Shown: piece after piece, positions 10,702 to 22,650 of the stretch | Layout: each line of letters starts with the position of its first letter | Numbering within the stretch: the first letter of the stretch is position 1 | NCBI RefSeq assembly: GCF_001194135.2 | Contig: NC_068986.1 | Span: forward strand, 1,168,088-1,232,087 | Direction of reading: 5' to 3' | Origin: Octopus bimaculoides | Lineage: Eukaryota | DNA: 64,000 nucleotides | Translations under genes and position numbers: made by a program | Notes under the pieces: generated by a model | The model's input: only the letters and a program-made list of their open reading frames with translations | Databases searched by the model: none | What the model was told of the DNA's origin: nothing

Positions 10702-12347
10702 TGAGGGTTGGCTGAAAAGTTCATAGGCCGACCAAGATGCTCTCATGGAATGTGACTGAATGAGATTTATTTTTCAATAATAGTCCCCCCTTGCAGTTCA
10801 CACACTTCTTCCATCGGTGTTGCAGTGTTTTGATCCCATTGGTGAAGATGTTTTCATCCTGTTGGTCAAAAAAAAAATAATCAACATAGGCTCAGGAGTG
10901 GCTGTGTGGTAAGTAGGTTGCTTACCAACCACATGGTTTCGGGTTCAGTCTCACTGCATGGCACCTTGGGCAAGTGTCTTCTACTATAGCCTTGGGCTGA
11001 CCAAAGCCCTGTGAGTGGATTTGGTAGACGGAAATTGAAAGAAGCCCATCACATATTTATATGTATATGTTTGTGTGTCTGTGTTTGCTCCCCATTGCTT
11101 GACAACTGATGTTAGTGTGTTCACGTCCCCGTAACTTAGCAGTTTGGCAAAAGAGACCGATAGAATATAGGCTTACAAAGAATAAGTCCTGGGGTCGATT
11201 TGTTTGACTAAAGGCAGTGCCACAGTTAAATGAGTGAAAGAAGTAAAAGAAAAAGAAAGACAAGAACAGCAGATGTGACATCATCACTTCTGTGATGATG
11301 ATGATCAGATGGGGCTAAATTAGGAGAGCAGGAATGATGGTCAACCAGTTCAAAACCACAGTCATGCACAAAAGCCATTGAAACCAAGAGCCTGTGTACT
11401 GGAACATTGTCCTGACAAAACAACACCCCTTTCATTAGTTTTCCTGAACATTTGATTTTGGTAGCCTTTCTGAACTGCCTCAGTAAGTTGACATTGTACT
11501 CTCCATTGACGGCATGTCCCTTTTGAAGATAGTCAATGAACACAATCCCTTTTGCATACTAAAAAACTGAAGCCATCGCCTTCCTTGCACATGAATTGAC
11601 TTTGGCCTTCTTTGGAGCAGGTGAGGAGTGGGTGTTTCCACTGCATGAATTGTCTCTTTGTCTCTGACTCAGAGTGATGAGCCCAATACTCATCCTGGTT
11701 TAGGAAACCTTCAAGGGGACCAGCTGGGTCTGCTTCAAAGAATGTCAGATTTCATGATTTGATCTGCCTGGTGTGCTTTTAATTAAGTGTCAGAAGACAC
11801 AGCACCCACAGAGTAGAAATCTTTGTCATGCTAAGTTCATTATGCAGAATATTTTCTCATCTCTCTTATGGGATATTATACTAATAGCATTGGCTGTCTT
11901 AGTTATTGTCAATCACCTGTCATCTGTCGGCATGTAGTGAACATGATCAATGTTTTCCTTGATGGCGGTAGCTGCAGGACATCCAGACCTTGGGCCATCT
12001 TCAACACTCTCCCTTCCCTTCCTAAACTCAGCTGCCCACTTTTGCACTGTTGCTAAAACTGAAGCATTATCCCCTAATAGCAACCATATCAGTATGAATG
12101 TCCTTGGGGGCTAAACCCTTTTTCTGTAGGCTCTTGATCACTCCATGATGCCAAATTTTGTCCAATTTCTAGAGAAGTTACTATCTGTCACTTTTGTAAT
12201 CTTCTTTGAACAGTCAGATGTCAGTTTATCAGGAACAAAACAATGCAGTTATTAATAAGAAGGGTTGAAATTAATGCATGCAAAAATTTCACGTGTCTAG
12301 CATAATTCCTTCATAATCAGCCTATGAACTTTTCAGCCTCACCCTTG
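10702..12347 (-). mobile_element. Full-length decayed mariner element (transposase pseudogene on the minus strand) interrupted by a SINE
   Basis: TIRs GAGGGTTGGCTGAAAAGTTCATAGGC / GCCTATGAACTTTTCAGCCTCACCCTTG|TA. Motifs ISTLWVLCLLT (WVPRLL), QDEYWAHH, IDYLQKG, GVLFCQDN, CGFELVDHHSCSPNLAPSD, TLQHRWKKCV. Confidence 0.9.
10889..11260 (+). mobile_element. tRNA-derived SINE (family C: GGAGTGGCTGTGTGGTAAG head, GGCACCTTGGGCAAGTGTC core, internal microsatellite, A-rich tail) nested in the mariner
   Basis: Full head, core and tail. Further copies or fragments at about 2080-2200, 14190-14480, 14945-15050, 15480-15690, 20370-20760(-), 23680-23830(-), 23875-24030, 25540-25780, 30684-30830(-), 58100-58300 and 61990-62190(-). 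Confidence 0.9.
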
Positions 12348-14366
12348 TACATTGACTCCTGTGTTCAACTTGTACTTATTTCATGGAACCCCTAAAGAAT
12401 GAAAGGCAAATTCAACATTGGCGGCATTCAAACTCACAACATAAAGACGGATGAAATACTGCTTAACATTTTGTGCCGTGTGCAATTGATTCTGCACAAC
12501 TTGCCACCTTAATTTAAATTCCTGCAATTCATCCAAGACTATGATAGAAATCTGAGTAGGATATGCAGGAGGACAACTTACCTTTAATTTTCAACTCACA
12601 GCAAGGGGGAAATTACAACCACTAACTTCTCCATTCCATCTTAAACCTCACGAAACCTCATCTTAAACCTCACTGGTCCTTGGTTGTGAATGGAATTATA
12701 CCAGAGTGAGGAGGATGAAAGGTAAAGTCGACTCTGATGATGTTTGAATTTAAAAGCCAAAGCAACATGATTAACTGCCACAAAGTATTTTGCTGGTTAC
12801 TCTACCGATTTTGTCAATCCGCTGTCTTGCTTATAAGAAATATTGAAATGAAAAGTACATATATAAAATAAGAGAAAAAGGTGAAATAAACAAACAAGTC
12901 TAATAAATATCATTGCGATAGAAACATCTTCCCACACCAAGTCGTTCGTTTTTATTTGCGAGGTCATTCAACTTCAAAGCATTGATGAAAAGTCAATTGT
13001 CTCTTCTTTCTTTTCTACTAACGCTGCCTGATTTATTTATTATTTAATTTTCTGATCAGTCTCTTTTCCTCTGCTAAGCAGATCTCTCTCTCTCTCTCTC
13101 TCTCTCTGCTTGATTTTAAGTCTCCAATGGACACATTACATATACATACACATCTCACACTGAGAAATAGACACACATACAAACAGTAACACAGAGAAAC
13201 ACACACTCGCATACACGATTATACTGAAAAGCTAATTCAGAAACACACACACATAAACATCATCCCACTCATAAATGAAACAATTACACCCACAAAATAG
13301 AGAATAGACCAGTACGTGGCCGAAATTTTCTTTATAAATTTGGTTGTTTTGAATATTTAAGCCTGTTTACTGTGAATCTGTTTTGGTAGGGCAGTTTAAG
13401 CTCGTTCTAAAAGGTCAATGTATTGTTATCAATACTCATGTTAGCATATGAGATTTGTGTAAAACGAAACTATTGCTTGTAATTTGTTTTTTTGGTTTCT
13501 TTTAGACCTTTATTTTGTCTTGTCTTCGTTGTTGTTTACTACTGTTCTTTCAATTTTCTGTCAATGTAACTAGTTTTAATGAAACAGGAGGAACTATCCC
13601 TTTTTCTAACATAAAGACAGCTCGCTATATTTAGCTGCTGATTCTTGTAAAAACATCGCCTACGCTAAATACACATTATACAGTTCTTTTCAAGTTTCTT
13701 CTTGAAGTGTTGTTGTTGGTTCACAAAATTCCGGGCGTTATTTTAATGAATATCAAAATTATTTTTCACAACTTGAAAATTGTATTCTTTGTAGTTTTTT
13801 AAAAAATTTTTATTTTCTTTATAAGAAATAATTAAGTTCTTCAAAACATTTTGGTACAAAATTATAACATTGCTGAATTATATCATTATAATATGCTTTT
13901 GTCTTGCTTCAGTCATTGAACTGCAGCCTTGCGAAAGTACAATCTCGATTCAAACAAATCGATGCCAACGCTTATTTTCGAGACTGGTAATTATTCTGAC
14001 AGTCTCAATTGCTCATTCGCTAAGTTACGGGAACATTGACAAAGTTGACAATAGTATGATTTTAAATCAGAAAGTACAGAACCAGAAGTTAATTCTGCAA
14101 ACCATTTTGACTAATGCTCTGACAGTTCTGCTCATCTATTAGTTACTATAAACATTTGATATACTACTATTGTTTCCTTCTATGAGACTTTCTTAGAAGT
14201 AGCAGTGTGGTAAAAAAGCTAGCATCCTGACAACGTGGTCTCAGGTTCAGTCCCACTGAATGGCACTTTGGGCAAATATCTTCTTTTATGAGTCCTAGGT
14301 TGACCAAAACCTTGTGAGTGGATTTGGTTGAAGGAAACTGAAAGCTGCCTGTCGTATATATATATG

Positions 14367-14458
<92 letters not shown>

Positions 14459-15089
14459 TTTGAGTCTCTTTGTCTTGACATTGTTGTTCATGAGTGTCAT
14501 CAGGACACAAAAAATGTTCTTTTGTCACTAATCTTCTATAAAAAAAAACAAAAAAAAAACATGTATGGCCATGGAGGACTATTACCTTGCTTGGATATAA
14601 GACAGGGTCGGCAACATGAAAGGCATGCGGCCGTAGAAAATCTGCCATATCAAATTCCGTCTGACTAAAGCAAGCATGTAAAAATGATTGCTAAAATGAT
14701 GATGATGATGATGGTCACAAATAATTTACAATATTTTTTATCATTGCATTGTCTTATGAAAAATATAAATAATATAAATATATCTATAAAAGATTGTCTT
14801 CAATTTCATTCCATAGTTAAAGCATCATATAAATATTACCAAAGCAGAATAATATTATAGATTATTATCCATTGAATTAATATCTTTGACAATATATTGA
14901 TTTCCATTTTCACCAGTTGCAAGAGTAAAATTATATGAATTATTGGTGCAGGCAATGGCTTTGTGCTAAGAAGTTTGCTTCTCAACTACATGGTTCCCAG
15001 TTCAGTCTCACTGTCTTGCACTTTGGTTAAGTGTCTTCTACTTCAGAAGCTTCTCATATATATGTATGTGTGTGTGTGTGTGTGTATAT

Positions 15090-15121
<32 letters not shown>

Positions 15122-15123
15122 GA

Positions 15124-15372
15124 TTAAATAAATGACAAGGAAATAGGAAATTATGGAATGAATTTCATTGGCTTACAGCCTATTCTGCTATAACATTCAG
15201 TGCAACCAGAGCTGAGTGCTTGTGCATCACCTTACACCATCCTTTGAGCTTGAGGAAGCTATAAGGTGATGCACAAGCACTCAGCTCTGAGATCACTGCA
15301 TCTAATAGCAGAAACAACTGTAAGCCAATAAAATTCATTATGTAATTTCCTACTCATTTGTCATTTATTTAA
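15124..15372. repeat. Foldback/MITE-like inverted repeat with a perfect 28-bp inner stem, embedded in (CA)n
   Basis: CAGAGCTGAGTGCTTGTGCATCACCTTA (15207-15234) is the exact reverse complement of 15262-15289. Loop is 27 nt; the outer arms are imperfect and end in TTAAATAAATGAC / GTCATTTATTTAA. Confidence 0.85.
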
Positions 15373-15392
15373 CCACACACACACACACACAT

Positions 15393-15451
<59 letters not shown>

Positions 15452-16922
15452 CACAAACACACACATATATCCATGTGTGTGAGGCTTTGTGCCTTTGTCG
15501 CCCAGCATCACTTGACTACTAGTCTTGATGTGTTTATGTCCCTGTAACTTAGTGGCTCAGCAAAAGAGACCGATAGAATAAGCGCCAGTCTTAGAGATAA
15601 GTACTAGGGGCAATTTGTTTGCTCAACACCTTGAAGGGGATGTCCCAGTGAATCTGCATTCCAATGACTGAAGCAACAAAAACAAAAGTAAACAAATAAA
15701 ATGTAAAACCCAACTGAAATGAACCCACTGCAATTACTGATACTTATTTTACTGAGAAGAATGAAAACCAGAAGCAACACCATCAACATTTGAATTTAAA
15801 AAAATGATTAAATAAAATACTGCATTACAGCTTTTTTTTTTTTTTTTCCTTAATTTGAATGTTTCACTGTTTCTGCCAAGTCATTGCCTTAACCATGACA
15901 ATGTATTCAAAATTAAATTATCAATTGGTTTCTTAAAAATATTTTGATTTACAAATCTTCCATTGATTACACAAATATTATTATTTTTTTTTCTTCATAG
16001 TTACAGTTGTACAGAGTGAACCGAACTGTCAAAGAATATTATATAAGACTTTATCTCTTGTTTAAACATCTGCCTACAAGGAATCTTTATTGATTATTGA
16101 TAATTCAAGACATTGATTAAGGATTTTTTTTTTCATTCTTTTTTTTTGCATTCTTATCTCTTTCCATTTTGGTGTTTCCTTTGAGGCAGTCTAGACATAT
16201 TGAACATTGTTGCTAAAAGAAACATGGAATTCTTTGAAAGAAGGAGGAAAAAATTCCTACACCTGGAATGTTGCAGGAAATCTTATTAAAAGATCAGAAG
16301 AAATTCTACAAGAAAATATTAATCTTTATATATTTATCTTTTTTTTTTTTCACTTGTTTACTCTACATTTATATTTTTTCTTTTTATATACACTTTTAAT
16401 TTTTTATTATTATTTCATATTCTCATAAATTAATCCATCCATTGAAAATTAAATTTAAAAAATATGGCTTCAATACTTTCAAGGAAATTAACACAACACA
16501 TGTTTTTATTTCCTTGATTTTTAGCTCTGATTTTATCAAAACATTTTTATATACATATTCTTGATATGATAAGTATTTACAATGACTATATGAGTAAAAT
16601 AACCATTTACCGAGACAAACATCAAAACAATGATACCAACATCATCATTGTCATCATCATCATCATCATCGTCATTGCTGTCATCATCACCATCATCATC
16701 ATTATTGCCATCATCATTGTCGTCATCATCATCATTGCTGTCATCATCATCACCATCATCAATTTCTAAGCAAGGTTAATATTTACCAGAGTCAGACATG
16801 TTTTCCATGGAAGACTGGAAACAAACAACATCACTTGTATGACAGTGATGCTCATTTACAACCATCACATGATGTCAGGACAAGAGTACACATTCACACA
16901 TATGTGCATACATTTATACATG

Positions 16923-16976
<54 letters not shown>

Positions 16977-16986
16977 NNNNNNNNNN

Positions 16987-17039
<53 letters not shown>

Positions 17040-17430
17040 TTCATTATCATTATCATCATCATCATCATTTAGTGTCTATTTTCCATGCTGGCATGGGTTA
17101 CACTGTTTGACTGGAACTGGTAAGCTGGGGATCTGCACCAGGTCCCAGTCTGGTTTGTCATACTTTCTATGCCTGGATGCCCTTCCTTCAAGAGTGTAAT
17201 GGGTGCTTTTTACGTGTCACTGATATGGGTGCCTGTTACATGATACCAGCATTGGTCACGACTACGATTTCACTTGGCTTGATGGATCTTCTCAAGCACA
17301 GCACACCGCCAAAGATCTTGGTCATTTATCATTGCCTCCATGAGGCCTAGTGTTTTTGTATGTCACCAGCATCGGTGCCTGTTGTGTGACACCAGCATCA
17401 GCCATGGCTATGATTTATATATCCATATAA
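17040..17430 (-). mobile_element. RTE-tail SINE copy
   Basis: (CAT)n-TTTAGTGTCTATTTTCCATGCTGGCATGGG...GGATGCCCTTCC...GGGTGCTTTTTACGTGTCAC, homologous to 41610-41935. Related copies at 14560-14712, 17600-17790(+), 23100-23460(+), 32190-32400 and 44130-44400. Confidence 0.75.
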
Positions 17431-18244
17431 ATATATTTATGTCCCCTCTCCCCTTCTCTCACTTCTCCCTTTCTCTCTCTTCCACTGAGGCAGCTATGTA
17501 TCACTTTTACTGCAAGACATCAGTTTCGGTCCCTCTAATCATATTTTAATCTCTCATCCCCCTGGCACAAAGTCACCTCCCTTGATACTACTCCCACCTC
17601 AGTTTAAGGGTCTTGTCTTGTAAGTTACACGGTGACCTCATTGCTGCTGGTGCCACATAAAAAGCACCCAGTACACTCTGTAAAGTGGTTTGCATTAGGA
17701 AAGGAATCCACTTGTGGAAACTGTGCCAAAGCAGACAGTAGAGCTTGGCACAGTATTCTGACCTGTCAGCTCTTGTCAAATAATCAATGATGGTAGTGGT
17801 GGTGGTGATAATGACAATGGTAATGATGACAATGACGATGATAGCAGTGGGGATGACAATGACAATGATGAAGATGTCCAACAGGCTTCTTTTGTTTTCC
17901 AACTGTCCAAGGTGCCACATGGTGGAACTGAATCCAAAACTACATGGTTGAGAAGCAAGTTTCATAACCATACAACCATGTTTGTTCCTACCATCTGTGT
18001 AATAATTTCTTTGTAGAAGAATGGAGATGTAGTAAGTCAACATGACCAAATTTCTATTTGAATGGTGTCTCCAGTTTAAACTGTGCAAACGCAACAGATG
18101 TAGCAAAATCACAGTCAGGCTGACATAGAAATAAAAACTTCATTTGCAGCAGTTTCACAGTGATATAGCAGTAAGGGCATCCGTTGAAATAAATTCTTTC
18201 AAATATTTGGAAGGGTCCTGATAAATTACCAACGGTTTCTGTTA

Positions 18245-18790
18245 TTCAGAGGACACAATCAGCGGTGGAAGTGGTGTTTAATGATTTATGACATAAAGAG
18301 CAAGAATGGGTTGGAAAATATTCAAGGAGCTGTTCTGCTTGCAACAAAGGGATTCTCTCTCTAGGTAAAGAACAGATTGTATGATACTTGTGCATGAAGT
18401 GAAGTGTTACATGGCAATGAAATATGGGCACCGAATGCAGGGTAGGTGTGGATGGTGAAAAGAAATGAAGTTTGCACGTTTCACTGGAAGTAAAATGGCA
18501 GTATTTATGAATGATGGAGTGCAAACGAGAAAAATCCTGGAAGAGGAATGAGATATATTACACATTAGAGAAGATTGCACTGGTTTGGACATGTGATGTG
18601 TATAGAGGATTACACTTGAATGCCAAGAGATTCAAGTGAATGGAACTGGTGGAAGAAGTAGAGAGAGGAAGAGAGAAGTGGTAAAGACTAATTTCAAGAA
18701 GCTGAACATAAGAAAAGACAAAATACTGCAACAAGAGGCATGGTGCTGTGCTGGAGAAAATCTGTCCAACCACTGCCAACTTGTAAATAG
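18245..18790 (+). mobile_element. RTE-clade LINE 3' ORF fragment (degenerate)
   Basis: Decayed RT thumb/C-terminal motifs: ARMGWKIFKEL, ATKGFSL, RLYDTC, LHGNEIWA, RRLHWFGHVM, VNGTGGRSR. Confidence 0.8.
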
Positions 18791-18986
18791 GGATGAAAAA
18801 ATTATTGATTATCTAATGTTAGGAGAATAACTATACCTTGTGGTATTGGTTGCGGCCCTTTACATTTCTGTAGTCAAAACCAGCTGAAACCATCTTTGCT
18901 TTTCATCCTTCCAGTCATGTACTAGGATCAATACTTCTCTTCTTTACCCCACTCTCTGTCTCTCTCTTTGTCTCTCACTCTCTGTC

Positions 18987-19019
<33 letters not shown>

Positions 19020-19048
19020 ATGTCTCTCTCTCTCTCTCATTATAAACA

Positions 19049-19800
19049 CTACTTAAAGTATTTAGTCCACATCTGCTGGAGGTGACAGAATTCAGAGAAT
19101 GGTTGCATTATGGGTAATTTGTCAAGATTTAAACCAGTAATATGCAACCTTTTTTTCAGGAAGTGACTCACCACCAAGTAAAATTCACTTTCATTTGTAT
19201 TATGCAACATAGTAAGATTGTAGGCCATCACACATTGTGGGCCATCAAAACTTTCATATAGAGCACTTGTGGTCTTCTTGAACCTGAAGCTTGTGCCACA
19301 GTATTCAAATCCCTATGCTAGATCTTCATTGAAAGCTCCCGTCTTATAATTACATCCAAGAGCAATAACTTTTAATATACAGTGTATGATATTGTATTTA
19401 TAGTTCAGCTGAGTATAATTCAATTTTCTGTTACTGCTAAAACATTGTTTAAACAACCACAGCAATTCTTCATTGACAAATATGTATTTTAATGCTAAGT
19501 TTAAAAGCATATTTACCACATTTTTTTCTTTTTCTGGCGCCTCCAGATTCTAGTCTCCAAGACAATCACCTTGCATGTCTAATACATAGTTCCAGTAAGA
19601 CAAGAAATAGCCTAGAGAATCAATATCAGTGACACACACCATGTTGTATGTCTCTAGTCTAAATCCATGGGTTGAGTGAACAAACAACATTCTCATTGAT
19701 TTTAATTGATGAGAAATTTGTTTGTAGTGAACTTTTTCCTTCTGTGGTACATAATTGCAACACAAACAAACGCGACATCTCCAGCATATTTCCTTGGCAT
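19049..19800 (-). pseudogene. Probable MULE/Mutator transposase remnant: one ~240-codon frame with two internal TAG stops
   Basis: ORFs 19550-19765, 19313-19519 and 19049-19231 are all in one frame. LFVHSTHG...VTDIDSLGYFLSY resembles the MULE D1 region (IDSTHG...VVDEFGEGFPVA); PQCVMAYN...NTNESEF...HFLKK resembles the E-region (QWAYCYR...NTN..LESFH..LK). Confidence 0.5.
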
Positions 19801-19949
19801 GATAAAAAAAGCAAATATCCCTTAAAAGAAGGACACATTAGATAATTTAGAAGATGGGAGGATCATGCCAGAAATGCTTTTTATAAGTGTGCTCAATCAT
19901 GTTTCACGTAGGGTTAAATAATAGCAATATTCTAACAGCCAGATAAACT

Positions 19950-20255
19950 GTAAAAGACCCCCTTTGGTCATGAACAACCATGGGATTGCACCCAGAAAGT
20001 TACCCTCCAAGGCACAAGTCCAGGCAAGGTTGAGGACCAGCAGTTACCCATGCATATCAGCCCCCCACTCTCCACGCCACCAAAGTTATCCAAGGGAAAG
20101 GTAGAGACTGATACAGCTTGGTACCAATAACGTCACAACTCATTTCTACAGCTGAGTGAACTGGAACAATGTGAAATAAAGTGTCTTGTTCAAGAAAAAA
20201 ACACACAGCCCGGTCCGGGAATCGAACTCACGACCTCATGACTGTAAGCCTGAAG
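19950..20255 (-). mobile_element. tRNA-derived SINE (family B variant with extended tail)
   Basis: Reverse complement of the GGTTCGATTCCCGGACCGGGCTGTGT...CTTGAACAAGACACTTTATTTCAC head/core. Related copies at 21372-21558(-), 24030-24352(-) and 57624-57880(+). Confidence 0.75.
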
Positions 20256-20909
20256 CTGGCCATAAACCACCAATCTTGATATGACCATCTCTGGCGGATG
20301 TTATGCTTATGAGCTTTCATCATTTAAAAATGCACTATGTAGTTTATCTTTTATTTTTTACTGGTTTCAGCTGTTGGACTGTAGCCATTCTGGAGCACTG
20401 CCTTGGAGGCTTTTATTGTTTTTAAGTCTGGTACTTAATCCATCTCTTTTGCCAAGCTGCTAAGTCACAAGGACATAGACAAATCAACATAAGCAATGGT
20501 CAGTGAGTGGAGGATGAAGAATGGGCAAACATAGTCACAAAGACACACGCATGCACACACATGTACATGCACATACACACACAAACAAACAAAGAACAAG
20601 CTTCAACACAGTTTTTATCTACCAAATTCATTCACAAGGTATTGGTTGGCCCAGGGCTATAATTGAAGACCCTTGGCCAAGATGCTGCACAGTGGGACTG
20701 AATCTGAAACCACATGATTGAAAAGCGAGCTTCTTAGCCACAAAGCCATGCCTACGCCTAATTAATTATTTCTTTCAGGCATTATGTTAGGCTACAGTGG
20801 CTTTAAACAAAATGAAATACTGTTTAGAAAAAATAAAAAAGATTACAATGATGACAAAAATTTGTTTTTTAAGAGTAATAGTAATTTCAGCCACATTTTA
20901 TGGTCATGA

Positions 20910-21140
20910 ATAATGGACAACGGATGATGAAGATGAGAAAAAAACTTCAAGGCTTTTTATATGAAATGCTATAGAAATATCCTTTGTAATCCATATACAG
21001 AACATTGAACTAATGAGAGTGTTAGGAAAGGAGATTGTTTGGAAGAATGTGAACCATGAAATTCTTCAGTCAGTTGTTAAAAGGTGGAAAGTGAAGTGGT
21101 TTGATCATGTAATACAATATCACAACACCCCAGAAACCTC
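20910..21140 (+). mobile_element. RTE-clade LINE 3' fragment
   Basis: Decayed WTT...EKKLQ.F.MKCYRNIL...TEH.TNE...ILQSVVKRWKVKWFDHV motif series. Confidence 0.6.
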
Positions 21141-21328
21141 AAGAGGTTATATGAAATTTTTTTTAAATAAGATAAATTCACATGATGAAGATATGTGAAC
21201 TGTAATATTTCAAGCAACCCCAATCTTTTTTTTATAAAAAAAAAAATTAGGAAGTTGTTACTAATATAAAGGATAAAGCTCTTCCCCAACTCATATACAT
21301 TCATGAGGCTGGTTTCCTGGCTTCTCTG

Positions 21329-21376
<48 letters not shown>

Positions 21377-21767
21377 CCCCCGGATGGGATGCCAGTCCAT
21401 CACAGGGAGAGACTCATTTTTGCCAGCTAAGTAGACTGGAGCAACATGAAATGAAGTGTTTTGCTCAAGAACACACCACATCACCTGGTCCAGGAACTGA
21501 AACCACAATTTTACAATCCTGAGTTGAACACCCTAACCACTAAGCCACATGCCTCCACTTGTTACAAATATTGTATAATGATATTTTTAAAGAGGATTAA
21601 TATAGCCATAAGCGGTGAATTAGCATAATTAGGGCTTCGGCTGGATTACCTTGTGGTATTCTTTTCATGTCTCTCTACTCTGACTTTAAATACTGTCAAA
21701 CTGAACTTTGCCTTTCATCCTTTTGAGAATGATAAATGCAGTACCCGTCCTATACTGGGATTGATTC

Positions 21768-21931
21768 CAGTAGCATAGCGAGTGTATAGGTAAGGGGGAA
21801 GTGCAACCTGGGTGGTGTTTTTACGGGGACTGCTACTTTTCAATCTGCTATATAAGTCTGTATAGGCTGGGGGGTGGGGAAGGCAAACTCAAGTGCTACC
21901 CTAGGTTACACACACTCCAGTTATGTTACTG
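21768..21931. mobile_element. Small MITE (hAT-like termini) inserted in a SINE tail
   Basis: TIRs CAGTAGCATAGC / GTTATGTTACTG; direct repeat TTGATTC on both flanks (21761-21767, 21932-21938). Confidence 0.7.
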
Positions 21932-22299
21932 TTGATTCTTCTTTCTCTTCCTTTCTCTAAAAAAAATTAGCTGTGGTCAGATCTAGAGAGGGGTGGGCTC
22001 TGTTTGGCTTAAACGTGCTCAAGACACTTATATGTCATGACGTCATACCTACAACGCCATCAAGAGTTGAGATCCTAAGGCAAGACAAGATATATTCCAG
22101 TGAATCGATATTAAAATAGTATTGATACTGAAAGTTGACTCTGACAAGGTTGATGCAAAAAGTGGAATGAGAGGAAAGAAAAAGTAAGAAAGCCAAGATC
22201 TCGGTCCCCTTTGTCTATAGAAATTACGATTAATCTAACTGGTGTAGAATAATATAAGAGAGAAGAGGTCAAAGTCTGTGAGGTATCAACTCAGTCCAG

Positions 22300-22650
22300 G
22301 AAGGGTGGTGTCTTCTTGTTTGACAAATGAAATCTGTCTACGTGCTAGAATTTGCTAAAAATTTCAGATCTGGAATTAAGTAGTGTGGTGGAATTCTTGG
22401 ATCTAAAAAGAATGTGCAGTCTTTTAGTCAAGCATGACTTGCTTCTCTTTTATCCATTTATATATAGTGTAGATTCCTCAACAATTCTCCACACCATTGC
22501 ATATGGTATGCAATTAGTCTTTAGATTCATTCACGATAAACCAACTTAGTGGCTTTATTTTTATCGATGAGTTAGAAAGAAAAATGATGGTTTTTCTTAA
22601 TGGCTTTTAAAATTGCCTTCACATAAACCAACATAAGTTTCCTTCTTTTG
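22300..22650 (-). mobile_element. Penelope-like element remnant: GIY-YIG endonuclease C-terminus, with probable 3'UTR/pLTR continuing to about 21990
   Basis: Minus-strand translation with stops: KETYVGLCEGNFKSH...IPYAMVWRIVEES.LYING..RSKSCLTKRLHILFRSKNSTTLLNSRSEIFSKF*HVDRFHLSN. This matches the remembered PLE pattern YIG.TE..FK.R..NH...I.W.I....CNLCLTEK.HI.....LLN.RSE..SKCRH. Confidence 0.75.

Noticed and set aside
19547-19594. Plus-strand exon-like segment with good splice signals
   Set aside because: The pyrimidine tract is the antisense of Glu/Lys codons in the MULE-like frame, so it is likely fortuitous.
22300-22460. CR1/L2 RT motif (KSCLT..L, FSK)
   Set aside because: The wider context (YVG..EG.FK, WRIVE, LLNSRSEIFSK) fits Penelope GIY-YIG much better.
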